From: Candidatus Heimdallarchaeota archaeon
GTDB taxonomy: Archaea; Asgardarchaeota; Heimdallarchaeia; JABLTI01
NCBI GenBank assembly: GCA_019056785.1
Contig: DXJV01000054.1
Coordinates: forward strand, 1 to 23,514
Direction of reading: 5' to 3'
Length of the DNA: 23,514 bases
Made by a program: the position numbers and the translations under genes
The notes under the pieces: model-generated
The model's input: the letters and a program-made list of their open reading frames with translations, nothing else
Told to the model about the DNA's origin: nothing
Database searches by the model: none
Part shown: one piece after another, positions 1-9,372 of the stretch
Position numbering within the stretch: position 1 is the first letter of the stretch
Layout of the letters: every line of letters starts with the position of its first letter

Positions 1-713
1 ATTTCTGCGAATTTTAGCATTTCATCACTAATCTCTTTTGGGCTGTTTTTCTGTGTGAATGTTTTTCCTTCGAAGAGGTTCGCAAAGAGGATGAACGGTG
101 GATGTTGTTTCATTAGTTCTTGCAAGACCGGCCGGGTGCGGTTGACTACTGTATGGGCTGCGAGGTCATATGTTAAGCAGTAGGCATTTTCGAAGATTTT
201 CTTCAGTACCTCAGCTGAATTGATTATTAAGTAACCTTCTACATGGCAAAGCTCAGCTGATTGGATGAGACTTTTTTCTATCCTTGTTGCAGGCATTTGT
301 TCTGCCGCTCCCCAATGGACTACAAAGGTTCGCTCTTTATCAGGCGTGATAATGCAAAGTAACCGTCCGGTTGCTTCCTTCTCATCCAGCAACTCGTAAG
401 TAATTACGCCCTCTCTTTGAAGAATTTTCATATACTCAAAGCCGTCTTGATCTTTACCATGTTTCCCACAGAAAGCGCTTTTTGTCCCTAACTTTGCTAA
501 ATTTGACATAACATTAGCTGTGCTTCCGCCGGGATTTTTCATCACTGTATGCCCTTCCTCCTCTAATGTTCTCAACAGCTTTTGAAGAGTTGTTTTATCC
601 ACTAAATGATGCCCTCCAAGTGTAAAGCCTCGTTTCTCTAAAAAGGAAAAATCCGTTTCGACCGTATAATCCCATAGTACTTGACCAAACCCTAAAATCT
701 TCGCCGGAGCCAC
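1..713 (-). CDS. PfkB/ribokinase-family carbohydrate or nucleoside (adenosine-kinase-like) kinase, 3' end runs off the window
   Basis: Not in the ORF track. Manual translation from GTG at 713 gives MAPAKILGFGQVLWDYTV...NPGGSTANVMSNLAKLG..SAFCGKHGKDQDG...ATGRLLCIITPDKERTF. This has the PfkB signature 1 (GGSxANxxxxLAxLG...GxxGxD.G) and the ERT motif. Confidence 0.88.
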   Translation of the reverse strand, partial: MAPAKILGFGQVLWDYTVETDFSFLEKRGFTLGGHHLVDKTTLQKLLRTLEEEGHTVMKNPGGSTANVMSNLAKLGTKSAFCGKHGKDQDGFEYMKILQREGVITYELLDEKEATGRLLCIITPDKERTFVVHWGAAEQMPATRIEKSLIQSAELCHVEGYLIINSAEVLKKIFENAYCLTYDLAAHTVVNRTRPVLQELMKQHPPFILFANLFEGKTFTQKNSPKEISDEMLKFAE

Positions 714-738
714 CAAAATCAACTCGAGATATTATTCT

Positions 739-972
739 TTATCGTTTTTTGTTTTCTTCCTTCAAAAAATATTCGGCAACTTCTCGCGCCCAGTCGCCAA
801 TTGGTATGTTCGAGTCATCCACAAGTTTTTGGTAATACTCTTTTTTCGTTAACTTACCAAAGGCGCGTTTCCACTCTTGATATTTTTCTTCTAAATGGGT
901 CTTTGCAATTGCATGTGCTTCACACAAAGTTCCTTTTTCAATTGTAGCCTTACAAATTACACATTGCTTCAC
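739..972 (-). CDS. Small Zn-finger-like hypothetical protein (CxxC-x9-CxxH), translationally coupled to topA
   Basis: 77-aa ORF. Its GTG start overlaps the topA TGA stop (GTGA at 969-972). CVIC...CEAH motif followed by a helical region with W residues. Confidence 0.75.
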   Translation of the reverse strand: MKQCVICKATIEKGTLCEAHAIAKTHLEEKYQEWKRAFGKLTKKEYYQKLVDDSNIPIGDWAREVAEYFLKEENKKR

Positions 973-3122
973 AGTTCGTCCTCCTCATCTTCTCCAATTG
1001 CTTCTAGTGCTTCTGCTTTTTGGTTTTGATAGTTATCCAATACCTCTTGTGGTGTTCCCGGGCATTTTAGCCAGTTGGGGCAAATCGTATAAGGTCTTTT
1101 TCCTCGCTTCCTAATCGTTAGCATTGGAAAACCACAATGGGGGCAATTCTTCTTTGCCGGTGTGGCATAGCCTTGTTGTGGAATTGGTGCGCTCCAATCA
1201 CAGAGCTTTTTATAGTAACCTGTACACCCAACAAAACGTTTTTGTGTTGTTCTAGAGCGGGTGATGATCAATTCACCCTGTTTACAGATGGGGCACGGAC
1301 CGAGAATTCTTTGTCTTTGTTTCAAATTTTGAACTTGTTCTTGTAGGGTAACACCAATGATTTCTTCCTTCTTGTGGAAGTTTTCGAGAATGTTCTTTAA
1401 CTCTCTTATTGCTTCCATTAACACTTCCACGCGTGTTTTCTCGCCGGAACGGATCTTCTCCATATTCCGTTCTAAATGTCTTGTCAATTCGGTTTCAATG
1501 ATTTCCGGACTATTTTTCTCAAGTGTATCAATTACTGCAAACCCCAAGTCTGTTGCGTAGATGCTTTCGTCTTCGATATAACCTCTCGAATAAAGAATAT
1601 CAATGATATTTGCTCTTGTTGCTTTGGTACCAAGCTCTTCCTCTTCCATTTTCTTTAACAAGGAGTTGGGATTGTATCTTGCAGGTGGTTGTGTATAACT
1701 CTGCTTTTTCCTCACCTTTAACATTTTAACAGTGTCGCCTTTTTTTAATTCAGGGAGTTCAATCTCCTCTACCTTGCCAAAGGGGGCATATAATTCCAAC
1801 CATCCTTTCTTTAAAACTTTCATTCCTCTTAAGAAGAAAATGTATCCATTAAAGTTAATATCAAGACGCAAGCTTTTTTTCACTGCCGGTTCCCCAAAGA
1901 GTGCTAGGTAGCGACATGTGATTAAGCGATAAATATTCTTGTCTTCTGTTCGAAGTGCGGCTGGTGCCTTTTTTCCTGTGGGATGAATCGGTGGATGTGC
2001 TGGATCTTTTTTCTTTCCTTTTGTTGGTTTTAGAGTTGTCTTTTGTAAGAGCTTCTCTGCACGGTCGCGATAAAGCTCGCTTTTTGTTAATTCTTTTAAA
2101 ATCTGTTTGTGATTAATAGTTTCGGAAAATTGCTGACTTCCAGTCCGCGGATAGGAAATCAAGGCATTTAGATAGAGCCGTTCAGCGATTTTCAAAGTTC
2201 TTGAAGGCGAATAACCAAAATAACGATATGCTTCGGATTGTAATGTACCTAAGTTGAATGGAAGAGGTGGCTTTTGGGAAAACTGTCGTTCTGTAATTTT
2301 ACTAACAATCCCCTCAGTGTCGGTTGTTTCACGGACAATTTGCTCGGCTTCTGCAAGAGTAGGGATGAATTTTTCCTGATATTCCAAGGCAATTTCTTCA
2401 CCGTCTAAAATAATGGTTGCTTCAATCGCCCAGCGTGGAATTGGGACAAATGTCTGAATCTCCCGCTCTCGGTCGGCAACAAATTTTAAAGTGGGTCCTT
2501 GAACGCGGCCGGTAGAAATGAGCTTATATCTCCCAGTGGCATGTTTGATAGCCAAAGTTAAGGCACGGGTAAGATTGATCCCATAGAGCCAATCGATTTC
2601 GTGTCGTGTAAAACCAGCTTGTGCTAAATTTAGGTCAATAGATGGGTGCATGTTTTTGTAAGATTCGAGAATTTCCTTTTTAGTGAGGGTGGAGAATTTC
2701 ATACGTCGAACAGAATTAAGCTCTTTTTTACAGGCAAACTTTGCAATTGATGCCCCAATGACTTCACCCTCGAGGTCATAGTCTGTTGCGATGATTATTT
2801 CATCCACTTTTTCGCTGAAATTCTTAAAGGCTAAAATAAACGGTCTGGTATTGTTTTTTTGTTGTGCAAGATAGGTTGGTACCCATTTATAGTTAAAGGT
2901 TGGATAGTGCCAGCCTTTTATCGAGTCCTCGACTGTAGAATACAGATGCCCCAGCGCAGGAATAACATAAATAATATCCCCGTTGTTCTTGCATTCATAC
3001 ACGGGTACTGAGGCAAAGGTTCGTGGTGTTGGTATCTTTCGTGCTTTTCCTGTTTCATCAAGAGCAGCTGCAATGCGCTTTGCTGCGGTGGGTTTTTCAG
3101 AAATGCAGAGATAACGAACCAT
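969..3122 (-). CDS. topA: DNA topoisomerase type IA (archaeal TopA/Topo III type)
   Basis: Toprim motifs ISEKP, GHL and ATDYDLEGE; STGRVQGPTL; catalytic ISYPRT; AHPPIHPT; LGTKATR; C-terminal Zn ribbons (CPIC...FVGC, CPHC...CP). Confidence 0.97.
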   Translation of the reverse strand: MVRYLCISEKPTAAKRIAAALDETGKARKIPTPRTFASVPVYECKNNGDIIYVIPALGHLYSTVEDSIKGWHYPTFNYKWVPTYLAQQKNNTRPFILAFKNFSEKVDEIIIATDYDLEGEVIGASIAKFACKKELNSVRRMKFSTLTKKEILESYKNMHPSIDLNLAQAGFTRHEIDWLYGINLTRALTLAIKHATGRYKLISTGRVQGPTLKFVADREREIQTFVPIPRWAIEATIILDGEEIALEYQEKFIPTLAEAEQIVRETTDTEGIVSKITERQFSQKPPLPFNLGTLQSEAYRYFGYSPSRTLKIAERLYLNALISYPRTGSQQFSETINHKQILKELTKSELYRDRAEKLLQKTTLKPTKGKKKDPAHPPIHPTGKKAPAALRTEDKNIYRLITCRYLALFGEPAVKKSLRLDINFNGYIFFLRGMKVLKKGWLELYAPFGKVEEIELPELKKGDTVKMLKVRKKQSYTQPPARYNPNSLLKKMEEEELGTKATRANIIDILYSRGYIEDESIYATDLGFAVIDTLEKNSPEIIETELTRHLERNMEKIRSGEKTRVEVLMEAIRELKNILENFHKKEEIIGVTLQEQVQNLKQRQRILGPCPICKQGELIITRSRTTQKRFVGCTGYYKKLCDWSAPIPQQGYATPAKKNCPHCGFPMLTIRKRGKRPYTICPNWLKCPGTPQEVLDNYQNQKAEALEAIGEDEEDEL

Positions 3123-3329
3123 AGTTTCACATCACTTTCCGATTTAACAACAGTATTATGATTGCAACTTATTTAAAAACCATTCATTGTTTTATTTAAT
3201 CGAGTTTGTGGACGTTCCTATTGCTTTATATTGAAATTTTTCTGCCGATTCTGCGTACATTTAAAAGTAAAATTGCTCTTTAAACACTCAATAAAAGAAT
3301 TCCTTTAGTAAAAGTTGCTGGTGAGAAAG

Positions 3330-4418
3330 ATGACCGATGAAGTTGTAAAAATTGATGTTAATCTTTTGCGGGATTTTATGAAAGATGTCTTTATAGCCTT
3401 AGAGGTTCCGCTGGAAGATGCTGAAATCTGTGCTGAAGTATTGATTACCTCAGATTTACGGGGCATTACCTCCCATGGTGTTCAGCGCTTGAAAATGTAT
3501 TATGACCGTATTAAAGCTGGAATACAAAAACCCGTTACTAAATTAACTATTGTTAAGGAAAGCCCAACAACAGCAACCATCGACGCTAATCATGGCATGG
3601 GTCATGTGGCCGCCTACCGAGCAATGGAACTTGCCATTAAAAAAGCTAAAGAATATGGCACAGGAGCTGTGGCAGTTGGCAACTCAACTCATTTTGGTAT
3701 TGCCGGCTATTATGCCCTTATGGCTTGTAAAGAGAATATGATTGGTATGGCAATAACGAATGCTCGTCCCTCTATCGCCCCTACTTTTGGCATAGAACCA
3801 ATGATGGGTACAAATCCTTTAACGTTTGGCATCCCGACAGATGAAGCCTTTCCATTTGTTCTAGATTGTGCAACATCAATCACTCAAAGAGGGAAAATCG
3901 AGGTTTACTCAAGAACACAAAGCCCTATACCTAAGGGATGGGTTATCAATGAGAAAGGTGAATTGGCAACAGATTCCGTGCAAATTTTAAAAGACCTCAA
4001 AGAGGGGAAAGCTGCTCTCTTACCCTTGGGAGGTGCCGGTGAGTTGCTCGGCGGACATAAGGGCTATGGTTATGCTGCATTTGTAGAGATCCTTTCTGCG
4101 GCGCTGTCCGGCGGTCCTTTCTTAAAAGATTTGACTCTTGATAAAGGATACAAAATTGGGCACTTCTTTTTAGCTATCGATGTCTCAAAGTTCATCCAGT
4201 TGGAAACTTTTAAGAAAATCGCAGGCGACATTTGTCGCTCCCTTCGAAACTCCAAAAAAGCGCCGAGGCAATCAAGGATTTACACGGCGGGTGAAAAAGA
4301 ATTCGAAATGGAACAGAAAATACGAAAAGAAGGCGTTCCCTTGAACAAAAGTCTTCAAAACGACCTTTTATTTATGAAAGAAGAGTTAGGATTAAAACAG
4401 TACGATTTTCCCTTCTAA
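3330..4418 (+). CDS. Ldh_2 family (type 2 malate/L-lactate/sulfolactate) NAD(P)-dependent dehydrogenase
   Basis: Motifs DLRGITSHG, HFGIAG, GTNP, LDCATS, GHKGYG. ATG at 3330 follows a GGTGA SD, so it is preferred over the TTG at 3315. Confidence 0.92.
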   Translation: MTDEVVKIDVNLLRDFMKDVFIALEVPLEDAEICAEVLITSDLRGITSHGVQRLKMYYDRIKAGIQKPVTKLTIVKESPTTATIDANHGMGHVAAYRAMELAIKKAKEYGTGAVAVGNSTHFGIAGYYALMACKENMIGMAITNARPSIAPTFGIEPMMGTNPLTFGIPTDEAFPFVLDCATSITQRGKIEVYSRTQSPIPKGWVINEKGELATDSVQILKDLKEGKAALLPLGGAGELLGGHKGYGYAAFVEILSAALSGGPFLKDLTLDKGYKIGHFFLAIDVSKFIQLETFKKIAGDICRSLRNSKKAPRQSRIYTAGEKEFEMEQKIRKEGVPLNKSLQNDLLFMKEELGLKQYDFPF

Positions 4419-4434
4419 CTCTTTTTTTTCTTTT
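4419..4434 (+). terminator. Archaeal oligo-T terminator after the Ldh_2 gene
   Basis: CTCTTTTTTTTCTTTT directly after the stop codon. Confidence 0.45.
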
Positions 4435-4459
4435 GTTCTGAAGCGGGTTGTGTAACATC

Positions 4460-4702
4460 ATGAGAGAATGTTATATTTGTGGGCGCGAAAGTCATGCGTA
4501 TTGTTCTGAATGCCATCGCCCTATCTGTAAAGTTCATCTTGAGGAAGAGTTAAAAGGAACACGAGTTTCCCCTCTTTGTTCTTCTTGCTTACACAAACGG
4601 AAGTTAAAGCGACTTCGTATGGCTATCTTACTCTCCGGAATAGTTCTTATAGCATTCATTATTGGTGCTGTGGTCTTTACCGCCCTTAATTTATTTGGTT
4701 GA
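4460..4702 (+). CDS. Small double Zn-finger (B-box-like) protein with a C-terminal transmembrane helix
   Basis: C-x2-C-x7-C-x2-C-x4-C-x2-H-x13-C-x2-C, then basic KRKLKRLR and a ~24-aa hydrophobic tail. ATG at 4460. Confidence 0.75.
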   Translation: MRECYICGRESHAYCSECHRPICKVHLEEELKGTRVSPLCSSCLHKRKLKRLRMAILLSGIVLIAFIIGAVVFTALNLFG

Positions 4703-4731
4703 AAAACAACTGTGTGCTTGCTTCTAATGGC

Positions 4732-5218
4732 TCAACTTTTTACAGCTTGCTTACCCGACATAAAATCAATGTCGATTCTGCCAATTGTTACATCCTTAAT
4801 TGCCTTGTCTGTCAATTGGTTAGTCATTACTTGCTCCCATTGCGATTCTTCTTCAAGTTGGTGAATCATTAACGTCAATGCCCTTTTCTTTTCAGCCAAA
4901 TCGGTGATGAATTCAACTCTCCCTTTGAATTGTGTGGTGGCATAAAGGTGGTCACATTTTCCATGCACATACTCTTTATCCAAGAGTGCTTGCCCCCAAA
5001 CAAGGTTGTTTTTTCGGAGAATATCAATCTTCTTGCCTTCTGCCGCGCAATGAAAATACAAGCAGTTTTGTTTTTTATCATAACCCATGACTTACTGTTA
5101 CAAGATAGGGTTCATTATTTGTGCACATGGCTAAAGTAATGTGTTTTGCTTGTAAAAGGATCTCCTGCATTTCCTTAGTGGTCCTAATTGCTTTTTCTTT
5201 ACGGCGGATAGCTCTCAT
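4732..5218 (-). pseudogene. NimA/NimC-like pyridoxamine-5'-phosphate-oxidase-family flavin-binding protein, interrupted by one frameshift
   Basis: ATG at 5218 gives MRAIRRKEKAI...LAMCTNNEPYLVTVSHGL*. The +1 frame continues GYDKKQNCLYFHCAAEGKKIDIL...SGK. Removing one G at 5084-5086 joins them (CAT GGT TAT GAT). Confidence 0.75.
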
Positions 5219-5324
5219 TTTCCATTCATCTCATGTTTCATTTAGATGCGCTTAATTTAGAGGTTCCTTGTTATTTTTCCTTAGAGGTTAAAAAGCGGTT
5301 TTGTTTTTTTCAAGTCTTGGGTGT

Positions 5325-5810
5325 TTAAAATTCATAGCTTAATCCTTTTTCGAATGCCTTGATATTGACCTCGACATATTTTTCTGGTAAGATGGTCTTC
5401 ATGCCTGCGATAATTTCATCTTTAGAAAACGGCAAGAAGTTGTATTTGCTACCAAAGCACCGATGAGTATCATGTTCATTGATCGGCTAGCCCCCAATTT
5501 TTAAGTATCTTTTTGAGCTGGAACCAATAGTACTTTGTTTGCTATTCTTTTTAATTCAGTTTCAATTGTTTCGAGTATTGGATATTAGATTGCCCCTTTT
5601 GAAATTCTAACTGTGAGTGATTGATAGGTGGTAGTGTTAACAATTGCAATGCCTTTTGGCTTCAAACATGGCATTGATCGTAGCGCTTCTAAGGCCTCCA
5701 ATGCAATGATAATGTCTGCTTCTCCGAAGGCACAGAGTGGCGATTCTGTAGGATCATAACCGATTACCAGATCTGAGACAACCACTCTTCCTCGTTGAGC
5801 TAAGCCATAA
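5325..5810 (-). pseudogene. iorB: Indolepyruvate:ferredoxin oxidoreductase beta subunit remnant (5' truncated, nonsense codons, frameshift)
   Basis: GLAQRG...SPL...GEADIIIALEALEALR...G.AIVN...YP...NMILIGAL...LPF...NIKAFEKG. In-frame TAA at 5585-5587 and 5501-5503, and a frameshift near 5450. Confidence 0.85.
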
Positions 5811-6319
5811 CTACCGGCATTTTCCATTGTTGAGCGTATTCCATTGCAAACACTACAAAATCTTTTGCTTCTTGAACGTTCACGGGTTCGAGCATTGGGA
5901 TGTGAGTTATTCTCGTGTAATACCGATTATCTTGCCTATTTTGAGATGAGTGCAATCCTAGGTCATCCCCCAAAATCACTCCTAAACCTCCCGGCATAGT
6001 AAACATGCTCAATTATACAAAGGAGTCTGCTGCGACATTTAGCCCGACACTTTTCATAAAGACTGTTGCAGGCGCTCCGGCAATGGCTGCTGAAGCAGTT
6101 AATTCTGTTGTAACTTTTTCGTTTGTCGAAAACTCAAAGTAAATCCCACTTTCATTTGCTATCTCTGCCAATCGAACACCAATTTCACTGGTGCGTGAGC
6201 CTGGATAAACAGCTGAGATTTTTACCCCCGCTTCGATCATCCCCCTAACAAAGGCGTCATTTCCTAAAAGGATCTCTTGCTGGAGTGTCCTTTAATAAAA
6301 AGTCAAATTTTAATGACAC
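5806..6319 (-). pseudogene. iorA: Indolepyruvate:ferredoxin oxidoreductase alpha subunit remnant (N-terminal third only)
   Basis: LLGNDAFVRGMIEAGV...YPGS.TSEI...EFSTNEKV...MKSVGLNVAAD...GDD...HSSQNRQDNRYY...PMLEP..VQEAKD. TAA at 6013-6015, apparent frameshift near 6280, and an abrupt end at ~5806. Confidence 0.88.
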
Positions 6320-6403
6320 ATAATCAAAGTTCTCTATGTCCCCCACCGCTAGTTAAGCATTAATAGTTTCTGCCTTAGAAAATACCCCCCCTTTAGTGCT
6401 TTC

Positions 6404-7495
6404 TTAGAGGTCTTGAACTTCAAACAATCCTTCTGGTAATTCCACCATCAAGATCTCTTCTCCTTCTTTGTGCTCTGGAGTGATCACTTGTCGGTTAACA
6501 TCCATCGATTCATAAGAGACTGCATTCATAACTGAAATGTAGGCTCCTTGAATTGCAACGATTATGAAGCGTTGAAATTGGTCTTTTTTCTTGAGCACTT
6601 TAAGAAAGGAGGGATGGCTTTCTTTTAATGAAAGTGTTTTATGCTCTCGCGTTTTCAGATTGAGCAGTTCCACTCTTCCATAATTAATTCCTACTATCTG
6701 GTATGCTTTTGATTGATAACGAACAACATCACCAATCTCAAAATAAGGGATCCGCACGCAATAGGTTGATTGATAAATCGGTTTGCCATCTTTCATGGTC
6801 TTTAATTTTGTGCTGTATTCAATTGAGGCCGCCAGTTTTTCGGTGAGATATTTTGCTAATGATTTTGCAAATTCTTCGCTCCCAATGAAAAGATCAATAC
6901 CTCCTTTTGCCTTATCGACCACTTTTGAAATGTAGGCCATTTTATTGCCGTCAGCCATTTCAGCCTTTTTTTCCTGTATTAGTTCCGAGATTTTTAACTG
7001 TTCTTCTTCTTTGATTATTCTTTTCTCGCTTCTAATTTGGATGATCGATTCAAAATATCCTCGTGCGAGTTTTGCACAGCGGTCGCAAACGCCGATATTA
7101 ACAACCATTTCAAGTGCTACTTCTTGTTGGTAAGGTGGGACCTCTTCTTTTGGACTCCCCTCAAAGACTATTCGAATAGTTTGTTTTCCAGCCTCCTCAG
7201 GCAATGGCTCATCGAAATCTGCCACTAATACCTTCTTACAATTCTTCACCTTTTTTGCTTTTGAAAAGAACTCATCAATAATTTCCTGGATTGTTTCTTT
7301 TCGGTCTTCATGGGTTCCTCGCCATTTTCCATGATACATAAAATCCCCACAAATTTTACATTGCGTAAGAACTAATTGTTTTGCCGGCAAGCTTTTTATG
7401 AGGGGAAATTCGTCTTTGTAACATTCAAGACAAAAACCATCAATTATCTGTCCTTCTGCATCTGTTTTGCCACATTTACAACAAAATTTACTCAT
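6404..7495 (-). CDS. nmd3: NMD3 family large-ribosomal-subunit biogenesis protein
   Basis: Four Cys pairs (CxxCG, FCLEC, CKICG, VCDRC), YFESIIQIR, GGIDLFIGS, and C-terminal SH3/OB-like region. Lies in the usual archaeal neighbourhood with DUF424 and aIF2-beta. Confidence 0.92.
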   Translation of the reverse strand: MSKFCCKCGKTDAEGQIIDGFCLECYKDEFPLIKSLPAKQLVLTQCKICGDFMYHGKWRGTHEDRKETIQEIIDEFFSKAKKVKNCKKVLVADFDEPLPEEAGKQTIRIVFEGSPKEEVPPYQQEVALEMVVNIGVCDRCAKLARGYFESIIQIRSEKRIIKEEEQLKISELIQEKKAEMADGNKMAYISKVVDKAKGGIDLFIGSEEFAKSLAKYLTEKLAASIEYSTKLKTMKDGKPIYQSTYCVRIPYFEIGDVVRYQSKAYQIVGINYGRVELLNLKTREHKTLSLKESHPSFLKVLKKKDQFQRFIIVAIQGAYISVMNAVSYESMDVNRQVITPEHKEGEEILMVELPEGLFEVQDL

Positions 7496-7539
7496 AATAA
7501 CTTCCCCCGAAAATTTTCTTCTACGGCGCTTTTATTTTT

Positions 7540-7860
7540 TTACCGAAGGAGCATTGCATGCCCAACCTTCCCATGCTCAGGGCAATCAATCCACATAACT
7601 GATTGCTCATTTATTATTCGGTGTTTTATTGCCAGATTAACTATGCTTTGGCCAATGATGTTCAAACTGGTGGCTTTAAGCATTTCTTCAATGCATTTAT
7701 CCTGAATTACCAGTTCTCCTCCAAAAAAGCGTTCGCTAACATACAATTCTAGGTCACCGTCGCAAATGGTTTCACCTAGTAATTCGGCATCGCAAATTGC
7801 CACCAAATATTCTTTCTCTGTTTGGCGTGCTCGGAGGTAGAAGCGTTGGTTTTCAGGCAT
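7540..7860 (-). CDS. DUF424 family archaeal protein
   Basis: LVAICDAELLG...VSERFFGG...ATSLNIIG..IV..AI...VGHA pattern; synteny with nmd3 and aIF2-beta. Confidence 0.88.
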   Translation of the reverse strand: MPENQRFYLRARQTEKEYLVAICDAELLGETICDGDLELYVSERFFGGELVIQDKCIEEMLKATSLNIIGQSIVNLAIKHRIINEQSVMWIDCPEHGKVGHAMLLR

Positions 7861-7904
7861 TAAAATCTCTCAGATATTTTGTCTTTTTACACTTCTCAGC
7901 ACAT

Positions 7905-8312
7905 TTAAACCGACTTTATACTTGTACGGGCACCACAAGCCTCACATACAAGGAAGCTTATTCTGTCTTCTTTAACAATGTGTGTGTCAGGTTTATGACA
8001 TTCTGGGCAGATCACAAATTCTTTCAAATAGCGATTGATTAAATCTATCATAGTGCTTCTTGAATGCTTGCCTGCAAAGACTGCTCTTTGCCCTTCAATA
8101 GTTGCTGATGTTGCTAATTCTTTGGTGAGGAATTTAAGGAGATGGTTTTCGTCCCGATGTATCGCTGAAACAACTTGGTGCCAGTTCTTAAAGAAAGTTC
8201 GATTTCCCTCAATAGCAATCTGTGGTTTTGGGGGTTCGAACCTCGATTTTTCGAAGATTTTTTCTGGCAGTTGCTCTCGTGCACGCTTTAACATTTTCTC
8301 ATAGTCTGACAT
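7905..8312 (-). CDS. eif2b: Translation initiation factor aIF2 beta subunit
   Basis: DYEKMLKRA...RFEPP...GNRT...FLTKELAT...VICPECHKPDT...CEACGAR. Confidence 0.96.
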   Translation of the reverse strand: MSDYEKMLKRAREQLPEKIFEKSRFEPPKPQIAIEGNRTFFKNWHQVVSAIHRDENHLLKFLTKELATSATIEGQRAVFAGKHSRSTMIDLINRYLKEFVICPECHKPDTHIVKEDRISFLVCEACGARTSIKSV

Positions 8313-8408
8313 AAAGCTACTTCAGCTTGCTTAGAATCTTAAATCTTTTGACTGCTTTTTTCTCCAAAAAAACCAAAAGGCAAGGCGTCACTACTTTTAG
8401 AGAGAACA

Positions 8409-9206
8409 ATGGCTAAAATAGGTTTAATTGGTGGTTCTGGTTTCTACGAGCTGAAACGAGAGCTGAAAACAAAACTCATAGAAACCCCCTTTGGAACTGC
8501 AGAAGTGGCTCTAACTAAAATTGGCAATAAAGAAGTGGCGTTCCTTCCCCGGCACGGTAAGAATCACACCATCCCACCCCATCTAATAAATTATCGGGCA
8601 AATATTTATGCTCTTTATAAGCTCGGTGTTGATCGTCTTATTTCTACTAGCGCAGTCGGTTCGCTCTTACCTGCCGTTCCGCCCGGCTCTTTAGTCCTTC
8701 CCGAGCAATTTATCGATTTTACAACCGGCCGCCCGAAGAGTTTTTTTGATGGGACTTTTTCAATAACTCTTCATTCTGGTAGAACTGTTGGTGGGGTAGT
8801 TCATACTGATTTTTCAACGCCCTATTGTCCAGACATACGTTCAACCATTCTAACAGCCGGGGAAAAGTTACAAGTCCCTATCCACAATGCTGGTGTTTAT
8901 ATTTGTACTGATGGTCCGCGTTTCGAAACACCCGCAGAAATTACTGCATTTAAATTGCTTGGAGCAACAGTGGTTGGAATGACTTCTGTGACAGAATGTG
9001 TCCTTGCTCGTGAACTTGGCATGTGTTATGCTACGCTTTGTCTTGTCACCAATTTTGCAGCCGGCCTTCAAGATCGAATCTCAATTGATGAAGTTTTCAC
9101 TATTTTTAAGGAAAAGGCCTTTCTCATGGAAGCGATCATTGAAACTACCCTTGCTTCATTATCTACATCGCAAGATGCTTGCAAGTGTAATTCTTATCGC
9201 ATCTGA
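8409..9206 (+). CDS. mtnP: MTAP-family purine nucleoside phosphorylase, likely S-methyl-5'-thioinosine/6-oxopurine type
   Basis: IGGSG, TPFG, FLPRHG.H..PPH.INYRANI, GPRFETPAE, VGMT, ARELG. Base-specificity motif is VTNFAAG rather than TDYD. C-terminal CxC. Confidence 0.9.
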   Translation: MAKIGLIGGSGFYELKRELKTKLIETPFGTAEVALTKIGNKEVAFLPRHGKNHTIPPHLINYRANIYALYKLGVDRLISTSAVGSLLPAVPPGSLVLPEQFIDFTTGRPKSFFDGTFSITLHSGRTVGGVVHTDFSTPYCPDIRSTILTAGEKLQVPIHNAGVYICTDGPRFETPAEITAFKLLGATVVGMTSVTECVLARELGMCYATLCLVTNFAAGLQDRISIDEVFTIFKEKAFLMEAIIETTLASLSTSQDACKCNSYRI

Positions 9207-9372
9207 CGCTTTACACTTCATCTTTTTTCCCCTTATTTTCCCCTGCTGACAAAATTACTCAAAAATGAGTTTTTACTTAAAAATTTGTAGGAAATGATTA
9301 AATACCATGGTGCCGTAATAAAACATAATTCATTTTTTTCTACTCCAAAATTAAAAACCAAGGAGGGTAAGC

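Noticed and set aside
5070-5100. Programmed ribosomal frameshift in the Nim-like gene
   Set aside because: It needs a +1 shift, and I see no recognised slippery heptamer or stimulator. A simple indel explains it.
9257-9270. ACTCA-N4-TGAGT palindrome upstream of the redox cluster (and TGAAC-N2-GTTCA at 18415-18426)
   Set aside because: Arms of only 5 bp are expected by chance and cannot be supported without comparative data.
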